Assembly (NCBI RefSeq): GCF_009914755.1
Contig: NC_060947.1
Strand: one strand, 5' to 3'
DNA length: 64,000 nt
From: the human T2T-CHM13v2.0 reference genome, Homo sapiens
Shown here in pieces: positions 1-15,129 of this stretch; position 1 is the first letter of the stretch; each line of letters starts with the position of its first letter. The notes under the pieces were generated by a model. That model did not search any database and was not told the origin of the DNA. It worked only from the letters and a program-made list of their open reading frames with translations. A program made the position numbers and the translations under genes.

Positions 1-763
1 CTTATTACTGCTTTTGCTGTATCTCATAGGTTTTGGTATGTTATGCTTCCATTATCATTTTTTTTCTAAAAATTTGTCAATTTCCTTCTTTATTTTTTCA
101 TCCACTCAGTGGTCATTCAGGAGCATATTGTTTAATTTCCATGTGTCTGCATAGTTTCCAAAAATTCTCTTGTTATTAATTTCTAGTTTTATTCCATGTG
201 GTCAGAGAAGGTGCTTGATATTATTTTAATTTTGTTATATGTCTTAGGATTTACTCTGTGACTTAACATATAGTATATCCTTGAGGATAATCCATGCACT
301 GAGGAAGAAAATGTGTATTCTGCAGCCATTGAATGAAATGTTCTGCAAATAGCTATTAGATTCATTTGTCTATAGTATAGCTTAAACCTGATGTTTCTTG
401 ATTTTCTGTCTAGAAGACCTGTCCAGTGCTGAAAGTGAGGTATTGAAATCTCCAGCTATTATTGTACTGGGGCCTATCTCTATCCTTAGCTCTAATAATA
501 TTTGCTTTATAAATAATATTTGCTTTATATATCTGTGGGCTCCAAAGTTGGATGCATATATATTTAAAATTGTTATATCCTCTTGCTAAAATTGACCAGT
601 TTGTCATTATATAATGACGTTTTTGTCTCTTCTTATAGTTTTTGTCTTGAAATTTAATTTGTCTAATATAAGTGTAACTACTTTTGTTCTTTTTTGTTTT
701 CCAGTGGCATGAAATATCTTTTTTGAATCTTTATTTTCAGACTATGTGTGTCTTTATAGGTGA

Positions 764-1098
<335 letters not shown>

Positions 1099-1189
1099 TG
1101 GGCCTTGTTTTTAATCCACTCAGCCACTCTATATCTTTTGATTTTAGAGTTTAGTCCATTTACATTTAATTTCTGTTATTCTTTACTTA

Positions 1190-1283
1190 TGTTTTCAATA
1201 TTTAATTTTTGTGGGCACAGAGTGGATGTGCGTATTTGTGAGGTATGTGAGATGTTTTGATACAGGCATGCAATATGAAATAA
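1190..1283 (-). mobile_element. L1MA 3'-end fragment nested in L1M
   Basis: 'tttttgtgggcacagagtggatg...gagatgttttgatacaggcatgcaat' matches the antisense L1MA 3' terminus. Confidence 0.7.
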
Positions 1284-1523
1284 GTAAGGACATATTTCTG
1301 GCATTTTGTTATTTGTTTTCTGGTTGTTTTGTGGTCTTCTCATCCTTCTTTCTTCCCTTCCTGTCTTCTTTTAGTGAAGGTGGTTTTCTCTGATGGTATT
1401 TTTTTTTATTTGAGGTTACCATTAAGCTTGCAAATACTATCTTATAATGCACTATTTTACCTTGATAGCAACCTAACACTGTATAAATAAACTAGCAAAG
1501 AGAAAACTAATAAAAACTCTATG

Positions 1524-1568
1524 CATGTATACATATGTAACTAACCTGCACATGTTATCCTAAAACTT
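1524..1568 (+). mobile_element. ~45-bp young L1PA 3'-UTR snippet without poly(A)
   Basis: catgtatacatatgtaactaacctgcaca (1524-1552) is the exact reverse complement of 13335-13363 in the L1PA2 copy. Confidence 0.75.
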
Positions 1569-4500
1569 TCCCCCGCTTTGTGACTTCTTATTTCTTCTTA
1601 TATCTTATTGTACAATGTTTGAAAAGTTGTTACAGTTATTATTTTTTATTAGGTCTTCATTTAGTCTTTCTACTTACGATAGTAGTTTACACATCAGAAT
1701 TACAGTGTTTTAATATGTGTTTTTGTACTTACTATTACCAGTGAGTTTTGTAACTTCACATGATACTTACTGCTCGTTAATGTCCTTCTTTTTCTGATTG
1801 ATGTACTCCCTTTAGTATTTCTTGTACGACAGGTCTGGTGTTGATTTAATCTCTGTTTTTCTTTATTTGGAAAGTGTTTAATCCTCCCTCGTGTTTGAAG
1901 GGTATTTCCAATGGATATCCTATTCTAGCATAAAAGTTTTTTTCTTTCCTCAGTCATGCCATTTTCTCCTGGCCTGTAAGGTTTCACTGAAAAATCTGCT
2001 GCCAGACATATTGGAGCTTCATTGTGTCATTTGTTTCTTTTCTCTTGCTGCTTTTAGGATCCTTTATTTATCATTGATCTTTGGGAGTTTGATCATTAAA
2101 TGCCTTCAGGTAGGCTTCTTTGGTTTAAATATGCCTGGGGTTCTATAACCTTCTTGTCCTTAGATATTGATATCTTTCTCTAGCTTTCAGAAATTCTCCG
2201 TTATTATCCCTTTGAATAAACTTTCTACCCCATTTCTTTCTCTACCTCCTCTTGAGGCCAGTTATGCTTAGGTTTGCCCTTTTGAGGCTATTTTCTAGAT
2301 CCTGTAGGCATGCTTCATTGTTTTTTATTCTTTTTTCTTTCGTCTCCTCTGACTGTGTGTTTTCAAACAGCCTGTCTTCAAGCTCACTAATTCATTCTTC
2401 TGCTGGATAAATTCTGCTAGTAAGAGACCCTTACATATCCTTCAGTATGCCAGTTGCATTTTTTTCAGCTCCGTAATTTCTGTTTGATTCTTTATAATTA
2501 TTTCAATCTCTTTGCTAAATTTATCTGATATAATTCTAAATTCCTTCTGTGCATTATCACAAATTTATTTGAATTTCTTCAACATAGCTATTTTGAATTT
2601 TCTGTCTCAAAGTTCGCATGTGTCTGTTTCTCCAGGATTGTTCCCTGATGCCTTATTTAGTTCATTTTTTTGAGGTCATGTTTTTCTGGATGATGTTGAT
2701 GCTAGTAGATGTTCTTCAGTGTCTTGGCATTGAAGAGTTAGGTATTTATTAAAGTCTTCACTGGCTGGGCTTATTTGTAGCTGTCCCTTTTTGAGAAGGC
2801 CTTCCAGATATTTAAAAGGACTTGGGTTTCGTGATCTAAGCTGTATCTGCTTTAGAGGACACACATGCCCATTAATGCTATGATTTTTGCAGACTTCTGG
2901 AGGTGCCACTGTAATGTCTTGGACAACATCCAGTAGAATTCTCTGGATTATCAGGCAGAGACCCTGATTCTCTTCCCTTATTTTCTCTCAAACATACACA
3001 GTATTTTTTTTTCTCTCTCTCTCTCTGTTCTGAGCCCCTTACAGCTTAGGTGGAGTGACACAAGCACCCCTGTGGCTACAATTCTCCTGGTTGAGACCTG
3101 CAACCAGCATAGCACTGGGCCTCTTCCAAGGCCTACTTTTATCACTTCCTGGCTACTGCCTATGTTTGCTCAAGGCCCTGGGCCTCTACAATCAGCAGGT
3201 GACAAAGCTAGCCCGGCCTGTTTTCTTCCCTTCTGGAGAGTGAGTTCCCCCAGGCCCTGGGTAGGTCCAGAGGTGCTGTGTGGGAGTCAGGGAATAGAAT
3301 CTGAAAACATTAAGTCTACCTGGTGTTTTATTGTACAGCAGCTGAGCTGGCACTCAAACCATGAGATGCAATCCTTCTCACTCTTCCCTCCCCTTTCCAA
3401 AGGCAGAGGAGCCCCAGTCCTTAGCCACTGCCAACACAAGCCGTGGGGAGTACTGCCAGACTACTTATGTTCCCTTAAGGCCCAAGGGCTCTTATGTTAG
3501 CTTGTGGTGAGGGATGCCTGGTCTGGGACTCACTCTTCAGGGAAATGGGTTTTTCTCTGGCCCAGGCAGCTCCAGAAATGCCATCCAAGAGACAAGTGCT
3601 GGAATTAGGGACCCCAAGAGCCTGCTTGTTGCTCTGCCTCACTCTGGCTGTGCTGGTACCTAAGGTGTAAGACAAAGTCCCCTTTACTTTTCCTTTTGCT
3701 TTTCTCAAGCAGAAGGAGCTTTGCCCCACAGCCACCATAGCTGGGAATGTGTTGAACCTCACGTGAAGCCAGCAAGCTTCAGAGGCTCACCCAAAGCCCT
3801 CGATGTAGTATCTGGGTATAGGTGCTTGTTATTTGGGGCCCAAGAGCTCTTCAGTGAGCAGGTAAGGAATGCTGCCAAGACAGTCATTCTTTTCAAGGCA
3901 GTGTGTTCCCTTCTGGCCCTGGGAGTGTCTAGGAGTGTGGTCTGGGACCTAGGGCCTGGAACGGGGGCCTCACGACACTGACTGACTGGTGCCTTATTCT
4001 GTGGCTGAGCTGATATCCTACAGGCAAGACAAAGCCCCTCCCACTCTTTCCTATCCCCTCGTCAAGTGGAAGGAAGGGGTCACTTTAGTAGCCATAAGCT
4101 TTGCAGCTTGGTGTTAAGGGAATGGTGATGCCAGCACTCCTTTAGCCACCCCAGCTGGTTTATCAGTAGGCTGTATGTTCCTCAAGTCCACTGTCTCTGA
4201 GCCTAGTTAGCACTAGGACTCACCTAAGAGTTGCGGTCTTTAGGGCCCAGACTGCCTTTCAAGTTTACCCAGAAACTCAGAGCAGTTTAGGCCTCGATGG
4301 CAAGGTTTCCAGGAGCACAGTTTCCATCCACTAGGATCAGTGCCTTCACTCTGGCTAGGTCTCGTTTAAATGCCCTCTCCATGGGTGGGTGTCAGCTGAG
4401 TTTGTTCAGGTTTTCCTTTTTACTGTAACAAGAGCAAATTGAGTTCAGTACCTCACAATTGCTGTGCCATTCCTCCCACAGCTCCCAGAGACATTCTATA

Positions 4501-4869
4501 CACCATGCCACTATTGCTGGGGTAGGTAAGGGGTAGTGTTAGAAATTCAAGACTGTTTTTTCTATCTCTTCAGTGCCACTCCATCTCAGGATTTTGATAG
4601 TGAAGGATAGGCAGATCTTGTATGATATGCCAAATAATTCATGAAGGGATTTAGGGCAGAAGTCAAGTAGGATTGGAAGTTTTCTGGTCCAAGTGCCTGA
4701 GTGAATAGTACATAGTGGTGTCCGGGGTTGCAGTTGTTTGGGTGAGTGTTGGTGATAGTGTTGGAAGTTGACATGGACTCGATGAATCCAGCTTTTGAGA
4801 ACGTAAGTTACTGTGCAATGTCTATATACGACATTCTACTTTGCTTCCCGGTCTAATACTTGATCTACT

Positions 4870-5130
4870 TTTTCCATTCATTGATTCAGCAAATATTTGA
4901 GTTTCAGCTATGTGCCAGGAAGTGTAATAAATGCTAGAGGTGAAGAAATAAGACAGGAAAGGTCCCACCTGTAGAGAGGTTATAAGCTAGTCTATTGGGG
5001 AAAATGAGCATTAAACATCATATGATTAATTGCAGTTTCCATAGGAGCTAAACATACAGGGATTTTTGAAAACTTTTAAGAAGGCGATCTCATTCAGTCC
5101 AGAAATATGATGGACCTACCTGAAGTGGTA
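4870..5130 (-). mobile_element. L2 3'-end fragment
   Basis: 'cattcattgattcagcaaatatttgagtttcagctatgtgccagg' is the antisense L2 tail. Confidence 0.65.
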
Positions 5131-6074
5131 TTTTGTTGTTTTCCAAGACACTCAGTTTTTTTTTTTTTTTTTTTTTTTTGCCGCAATCCTGAAGCTCCTC
5201 CTTAGTTACAGCAGAATCTCACATATACTGACAGCCTCAATTCTCTTATCTGGAAAATGGGGATGATGACATTCCTCACATAATACTAAATGAAATTAAT
5301 TCGTGAACAAAACATAGCATGATGCTTGACAATACAGACCCTTTCTCTTCCTGTTCTCCTAGTCTGGTACTCGCAGCTGTCTATTTTTCAGCAACAGAGA
5401 TCAGCAGATGTTAGCACACCTGTGGAAACTGGCATTTAAGATAGTACATCCTTGGAACATATCAACCAATCTAAATCTGCCTTACTCTCTCCTGTTTTTG
5501 ACATTTCATCATCTCCATCATCATTATGATGAAGAGTGCTTTCAGATGACTTAATAGAGAAAATTATAAATCTAGATGAATGGTCCAAACCCTCATACTC
5601 TGCTCTATATATTTTTTTCATTCACATAGGCAACAGCATTACACAGCTTAGATTTTGCAAGATCCACATAGATTTTTTTCTTGCTGATTTTATATTTGGA
5701 CTTGTTAGACAACATGTCTCAACTTTTAATTCAGAAAGAAAGGTTATCATACTTAAGACAAGAAGGTATACATACAATGTAATTCACAGTTTTGGACTTT
5801 GCTATCTCAATTTGCTCCAAGTGGTTTAAAGCAAGCGCAAGGGCAAACTTGTGTTTTCTCTGTTAAAAATTACAGGAAACCCAGTTCATCCAAAGCCTAT
5901 TTCTTTTTCCTTGATATATACTCCATTATTTGCATGTTTCTTTTTAAGTGTTTCATCTTTATCCTCTCTTTGTTTTAGAAAAAAGAATTTCCCTTGATAT
6001 CCCACATTTGCAGTTTATCTTTTTTTAAAATAAATGAGACGGGAAAAACATAGATACACAAAGACATAATAGAG

Positions 6075-6245
6075 CATAGTGGGGGAAAAGAGTAATGCTC
6101 TGAAGACAGGCTGCCTGGGTTCATATTTCTGTTAAGCTAGTAATCAACTATGATCTGGGCACACTTGAGGGATTGTGTCTGAATCTTTCTATATATTGCT
6201 TTCCTCACTTATAAAATGATGATAATAATAGAACCTACTGCAAAG
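6075..6245 (+). mobile_element. MIR
   Basis: 'gctctgaagacaggctgcctgggttc...ttcctcacttataaaatgatgataataatagaacctac' MIR core. Confidence 0.65.
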
Positions 6246-6546
6246 AGCTAAATACCTGTATGCCTCACTTACGAGAATTTCAAGGCAATAGTGGCCTCTA
6301 TTCAGAGGAATGCAATGGTTATTCTCATTGTTATAAAATTCTTTGAAAGGTAGGCACGATCAGCCTTCTGTACGCCATTCCTCATTTGTACATAAGCCTG
6401 TAATGTCCTTTGATATTTTCAGGTGACAGCTCTCCAGGAAGCAGTTGTGTCACCTGAGCAATCATTATTCAACATCATACCCACATTTTGTTTTAATAAT
6501 AAATAAGCAGTATGTATGTAGGAGGTAGAGGGGGCAACTTCTCTGA

Positions 6547-6591
<45 letters not shown>

Positions 6592-6606
6592 CCTATCTAT
6601 CTATCT
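6547..6606. repeat. Tetranucleotide STR (ATCT)11 ACCT (ATCT)3
   Basis: Counted directly. Confidence 0.97.
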
Positions 6607-6924
6607 TTCATATAAATGTGTATGTACTGATGAAGAATTAAAATAATCCTACACAAATTTGCGTTTATTCAATCTTAGAAAAAAGCAAATGCTTTTTTTC
6701 TCCAAGGCACTCATCAATAAATCCAGGAGCAAGTAACACAGGTCTGGTTGTCAGGAATATATAAGATTGGGTTTTAAATTTCCTGTGGGGTATCCACTTA
6801 AGCTGCTATGTGACTTATAAAGTTGATTTCTGTTTCAGTTTCTACCCCTGCCACCACCTATATACCAAGTACCTGGAGAATTTGTTGGGATGACTACTCA
6901 TCATGAATCAGAGTAGTCCAAAGT

Positions 6925-7150
6925 ATGGACTTGGAGACAGAAAAGCATTTCTCTGTCACTTGCCAGCTGTGTCACTCTGAACAAATGACTTAAATCTCTC
7001 AGGTCACTGATTTTCTTATATATAAAACTGAGATTAAAAATGTCTGTCTCTTAAGATTGAGATGAACATTAAATGAGATGGCTGTAAACTTCTTAGCACA
7101 GTGCTGACATGTAGTATAACACTCATTAAATGATAGCCATGCTTACTATT
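6925..7150 (+). mobile_element. MIR
   Basis: 'cacttgccagctgtgtcactctgaacaaatgacttaaatctctc...cttagcacagtgctgacatgtagta'. Confidence 0.75.
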
Positions 7151-9629
7151 ACGTGTAACTGGATGCCAATCATTTAAAAATCAAACCTATAACTGTTCAT
7201 CTAGCATGTATTATTTAAAAAGTGAGTTCTTTAGATATTGAATCCTAATAAAAAATTTTACACAGAATATAGTACTCAAGGCTTGGTAAAAACACTTTTT
7301 TACTTAACTTCTGGTACTGATATACAATTTTTTTGTCTAAGAAGAAACTTGATTGTAAATAGTGGATCATAGTCCTTACTACTACTGAATTGTCATTTTA
7401 TCTGGGAAATTTTGTAGTGCTAATAATGATAATGAAAATAGTGTTCAAAAGGGGAAATCTTATATAGATAGATTGAAATGAGATTTACAAAATAAAAATG
7501 GAGATGCAAATTGGAAGAGAAAGTGCCTATAAGGCTGTTTTTCTGAATTAAAAAAAAAAGTCGAATGAAGCCACTTTTCCTGTCTTCTCTGTACCCTATT
7601 ACTATTTTATGTAGAACTAGTGGCAACTGTGTAGTAAGGAAAAAAATTGATGAATAGGTGTTCAATTAAAGCATACCGTTCATTCAGCCACCCCCTAAGA
7701 AGACAAGAGTAGAAACCATCCACCAACAAGAGATCAATTTTTTCAAATAGCTTTCATTTGCTGGTAATCTTTTTATGAGATATTCTTGATCTAACCTAGT
7801 CATAAACAAATTTTTCCTACTCTGTTTCTTTGCCTATTTTGAACTGTCATTGGTTAATGTTGTTTGAAATTGTTTCCAATGAACTACGAGAGTAGCCAAA
7901 AAAATCTGCTGTCAGTTTAACATCATGGCAGTCCAAATTATTTCAAAAGCAGAAAAAATTTGCAAATAGTCTTTGAATTACTTTCTACACACCAGACAAT
8001 ATTTTGGATTCACTTTTCCTATATGAAGGTTTTCCAAGATTAAATTGACCAAATTAGTATCTACTGAAGGACTTGAGAAAATGATATGACAGCCCCGCAG
8101 GGAAAAAAAACTAAATAAAATACAGTCACTGCCTCTCAGACACCTTATACATCTCTCCAAAGTCTAATTTAAGTTCAAGGTCTAGACATATGGCAAAGCT
8201 CAGTTTGTTCATAGGAGGCTTCAAAATGCAAAAACTCACAGGAGCTGATAAAATAAAGCTAAAGAGGAGAGTTATATGAATCTGAGAAGTTTTTAAAAGA
8301 AGTAGATTACAGAATTGAAAAGCAAAAATTCTGGTAATGTAGCAAATTAACACCTTAAGAAAATTTGATTTTAACATTTAGACTATTCTTTTTACAGTCT
8401 GTTATTAACAATTTCCTTTTAATTATATCTAAATTAGTCACACAAAAATGCTTTTAGAGATTCCCCTTTATGAGCCTTAACACAACTTACACAGATCATT
8501 TACAATGTGCTTGAAATTTCTGACTTCTATACTACCTCTTTCTTAAATAACCGGTTATTTTACTCTAGGACAAAAATTTACTACACAGTATCCCTCCTCA
8601 TACAGCATTGTTTTTTAATATACTTCCTTGAAAAAGAAATAAGAGAAATGTAAAGAATGTTATGGATAGAAAATTTATTATTTTTTGCAATTTTTTTTCT
8701 ACTCATTAGTTCCCTCATATTTTGAACCTCCCTTTTAATAACTTCTGAATTAGACAAAAACATATTTTTTCCAATAAAGAATACATTTATTTGGCACATT
8801 TTATATAAACCTGGGAAGCAAGAAATCCCAAAGTGCCCACCAGATATTTGCATATTTTTAGATGAGAACAATTTCACTATTTTAAGATTTTAAACCACAC
8901 ACAAAGCTCACTATTTAAGCACTTATTCCAGTCACATGTATTTAACTTTTTTACTTTCAACAGTTTTGTCTAAACCACCTCAAAGAACCAAGATATCATG
9001 CAAAGCTAGTCATCATTTAAAGCCATCTTAATCATTTTAAAGCCTATGAACATCAGTGATTTACCTAGGTACAAATCTTAAAGTTGAATTTTAGAAGACA
9101 CAACATTCTCTTCAAACTAATAAGCTTAGACTAGTCTTATTTAATTTATGATTGCTCTTTTATTTATAATCCAATTTGATCTCATGCTAGACACAACACC
9201 CATCAAATACCTGTATATACACTTAAACAAACACATTAAATAAAACAACCTACATAAGATAACTTGATTGATATAATTTACAAAATTGGGACCCATTTAC
9301 CTGACCAAATTTTATTTGCCCCAATAGATATGGAAGATAGGAAGAGGCAGGGAAGGGGATCCCGTAGCAACAAACAAGCAAGGGAATGGGCCAACTGGGT
9401 TGCTTAAGGGGAGAGTCTAGAGTCCCCAAGCTGCTGGAGAGCTCACCCAGCAGTGGAAACACTGAAGAAAAATGTTCACATGGACACTTGGCTGCCACTG
9501 TTGGAAGCTGTCTGTCAGGTCAGGGGTCCAAGACTTCTAGTAAATTACTTGAGCAAGGTAACTCTTTGGGGCTCATGGGAAAAGGTTATCTCTAGGATTG
9601 ATGGGGAGCTTCTTTCTCTCTCTCACCAG

Positions 9630-10866
9630 GGACAGTTAGGACATTCTTATTGCTAGTGGCCCTTTTGCTTATAGTAGGCACAGTAATTCTGGTCCAGTGG
9701 GTGACAAGTTGGGGCCTCTTGTCTGGGCATCCCAGACTCTAATCTTGCAACACTTTCTTTGAATGGGTAACCCAGAGGGGAATGGGGGCTTGAAGCATTT
9801 GCTAATAATTGCAGTTTTTGGCTATTTTTTTACCACCTTTTTTGTGTCCCTATTGTTGTAAACTTTAATGACTACTTTTAAGAGTTGGCTCAGAAGAGTT
9901 TGAGATCCCATTGCTGATTTTTGTAGCTTCCTCCAAATGTCAGGGACAAATTTACTAATAGAATGTATATGCAGGAGAACTTGCCCTTCTGGGGAGCCTG
10001 GGTATTCATTAATAAATTTCATGAGTTCCTCAACTAAATGACCCTGAAAAAGTGGGCTTTTCCTCTTTTCCCTGAGTTATTTCTCTAACCTTGTTATAAT
10101 TGATGGGCTTAACCACATACTTTTTCCTCCACATTTTTTTCCCACAGCAGACCAAGCAGACAACAATATTTGTAAATCATGATAAGTTAAATCAAAGGAT
10201 ATGGTCAATTTAACACATTTCTCTGAAAACTGGCCAAATTTTTCCTTGTATAAATTCAAATTAGACATAGAAAATGGCACATGTACTCTAAATATTTCCT
10301 CATTTCCTTCAACTACCTCAAACAATGGGCATAAGTTTGACTTTAGAGGCTGATATAAGGCCCAAATCCTGGTGGTACTGGTTGGGTAAGCCCTGTGTCA
10401 AGGTGGGGTATAGACTGAGGTTAGTCAAATAAGGGGGAAGGGAGCCTGATAACCTTGGGATAGAATCTTTCATTAGAGAACTAGTGGGATACCCTCAGAT
10501 TTGTGGGACTGAAAAGACTCTGGGAAAGGCATAGGCCTTCTCGGGGGAACAGCTAGGAGAGGATCCCTTAGGTATGGCTTTCTGATGCTTGGAAGTAATG
10601 TGAGCCAGTAAAGAACCAGAAAAGTCTATACGTAAGGGACCTCTTCTTTTCTTCTTTTTTACAGAATAAATCAAATTGTAAAGTACCATTGTAATGTATA
10701 AAATCATGTTTAGGCCAAATCTGTTGGTTTTCTAATTTGCATTTAACCCTAACAGTGTTGCAATAGAAAATGTGTTTCTTTTTCTTTAAGCTGAATTTGA
10801 ATTTGCCCCGGTAGCTGAAAAGACATCCTAGTGGTCAGTCCTCTGGGATGCTCGTCATTGTCCCAT
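9630..10866 (-). pseudogene. gag: Decayed gamma-like retroviral gag (MA-CA-NC)
   Basis: Minus-strand motifs MG..IPED*PLGC, LKKKKHIFYCNTV (MA); RVHVPFSMSNL and PDIWRKLQK...KVYNNRD (CA; ORFs 10077-10325 and 9822-10022); degenerate zinc knuckle CAYYKQKGH*Q*EC at ~9640-9682. Confidence 0.85.
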
Positions 10867-12367
10867 GACTAACAAGGATTTTTGCTAGATGTAGAAGTTT
10901 TTCTAAGTCTAGTAAGAGGGGAAGCAACTTGCCCCTTATTGCTTTTCCCTTTTAGACTTTCGCTTCCTGAAGGGAAAGTTTAAATATAGGTATCAAGGTG
11001 TTACAAAAGCAAATTATTAGCTACAAATGGGCAGTAGAATGTTGAGCCTAAATTCCACAGAGAGTGAGAATTAAGCAGAGAGGAGGGATAAACACATGGC
11101 GACTGTGGATGGGAGGAAGAGAAGGGGGTAAACAGTGTTGCCCAAGCAGAGACCGTAAAGGCCTTAACTTTCCAGAGAATCCCCCTCAGCAGTGGAGACA
11201 CTTTATAAAAATATGTTCGCCCAGCCACTTGCCTACCTCTGTAGATGGTCATCCAGCAAGCCAGGGATCTGGAAACTTCCAGTCTCTTTGACCAAGAGGG
11301 GCTTGAGCAAGGTAGTTGTAAGACAGCACACAGGAAGGGGCTTGAAACTGGCTATTAGGAAAATAATAACTTCTAACTTCAGGGCAAAAAAAAAAGTGAG
11401 ACCAATATTCCCCTAGGAGAAGGGGCTATAACTCACATTGTAGAAGGAATGTTAATGCTGAAAACACCAGAGCATTGGGTGGGGGCGACCTATAATACCA
11501 ATGATGAAAACCTGGAGTACCCAAGTTTCAGCTAACGAGGGTCCCCTCACCAAATGCTGAAAATCCCAGGACACCCAGGAAGAAGCCAACACTTAACTCA
11601 ACACCAAGCTGAGGTCATAGAACAACGTAACTCTGGCACCCCAGAGTCAACACAATGGAGGACCTCTCACAAACAAGCATCCTGCCTTAAACAATTGCCC
11701 AAATACAGTTAACAGAAATTCAGAAGCAAATATAAGACTGCAAACAAAACATATATTTTAGCACTGAAAATCAAATGACTGGTGAAACAATAAAATGGTG
11801 TCAGAAGAGAAGGGACTAGGGGAAGAAGTGACAAGGATGTGCTTCAGGGCATTCAAACAATGGGGGACTTTTAACTGACCACTTAGCCAAAGGCTTTTAT
11901 TTTATTCCCTAGTTCTCCTGATATTGGAGAGGGGTACACTGGACACTCACCCATCTGTAGGAGCCAAAATGGTGCTGATTGATCTTCCAAATGGGACTCG
12001 GGTGAAGATCTCTCTAGGTTTCCTCAGCTTGGGTGAGCTTGGCTGTCACATGGGGGGCGGGCACAAGGACCAGTAACCTACTGGCCTACTGGTCAGAGCA
12101 GTGAGTTTCACATGAGGCAGTGGCACTACAACCACTTGCCTGTCTGCTCAACTCTGACAGCTGCCAGGGAAAATGATGGCTTTGAGAAGAGTCTTTGACT
12201 AGTGTTACAGCTCTGTTGTGTTAGCAGCTTTTTATTGTTACAGCCTCAGTGTTGTATCTCTTGCAGGCTAGATCACAGACTGCTTCACCATCTTTCTGCT
12301 CATCATCTTTCTGCTTATCATCTTGCCAACTGTTGTCTCTCACTCTCTCACCATTCTCTTGCCATTC

Positions 12368-12453
12368 TTTTTTTTTTTTTTTTACTTTTAAAAATTTATT
12401 TTTTATTTCAATACGTTTTTAGGGAGCAGGTGGTGTTTGGTTACATGAATAAA
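12368..12453 (-). mobile_element. L1PB-type 3'-terminal fragment with poly(A)
   Basis: T-tract, then 'tttatttcaatacgtttttagggagcaggtggtgtttggttacatgaataa'. Confidence 0.7.
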
Positions 12454-13262
12454 TTTTTTTTTTTAAATATTTTTTATTATACTTTAAGTTCTAGGGTACA
12501 TGTGCACAATGTGCAGGTTTGTTACATATGTATACATGTGCCATGTTGGTTTGCTGCACCCATTAACTCATCATTTACATTAGTTATATCTCCTAATGCT
12601 ATCCCTCCCCCCTCCCCCCACCCCACAACAGGCCCCAGTGTGTAATGTTCCCCACCCTGTGTCCAAGTGTTCTTATTGTTCAATTCCCACCTATGAGTGA
12701 GAACATGCAGTGTTTGGTTTTTTGTCCTTGCAGTAGTTTGCTGAGAATGATGGTTTCCAGCTTCATCCATGTCCCTACAAAGTATATGAACTCATCCTTT
12801 TTTATGGCTGCATAGTATTCCATGGTGTATATGTGCCACATTTTCTTAATCCAGCCTATTGTTGTTGGATATTTGGGTTGGTTCCAAGTCTTTGCTATTG
12901 TGAATAGTGCCGCAATAAACATACGTGTGCATGTGTCTTTATAGCAGCATAATTTATAATCCTTTGGGTATATACCCAGTAATGGGATGGCTGGGTCAAA
13001 TGGTATTTCTAGTTGTAGATCCCTGAGGAATCGCCACACTGACTTCCACAATGGTTGAACTAGTTTACAGTCCCACCAACAGTGTAAAAGTGTTCCTATT
13101 TCTCCACATCCTCTCCAGCACCTGTCGTTTCCTGACTTTCTAATGATCACCATTCTAACTGGTGTGAGATGGTATCTCATTGTGGTTTTGATTTGCATTT
13201 CTCTGATGGCCAATGATGATGAGCATTTTTTCATGTGTCTGTTGGCTGCATAAATGTCTTCT
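12454..13262 (-). mobile_element. L1PA (approx. PA4-PA6) 3' 0.8 kb: end of ORF2 and 3'UTR
   Basis: ORF 12680-13234 is the ORF2 C-terminus ending SLIGGN; 3'UTR 'aagttctagggtac', 'gcaggtttgttac'. Confidence 0.92.
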
Positions 13263-15102
<1,840 letters not shown>

Positions 15103-15129
15103 GATGAACTGTATTTATTGCTACAATCA

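Noticed and set aside
3072-3500. 142-aa ORF
   Set aside because: Lies in the antisense of a GC-richer L1 5'UTR; no recognisable domain
12680-13234. 184-aa ORF2-like ORF
   Set aside because: Only the C-terminus of a truncated L1; no EN or RT, so not an active element
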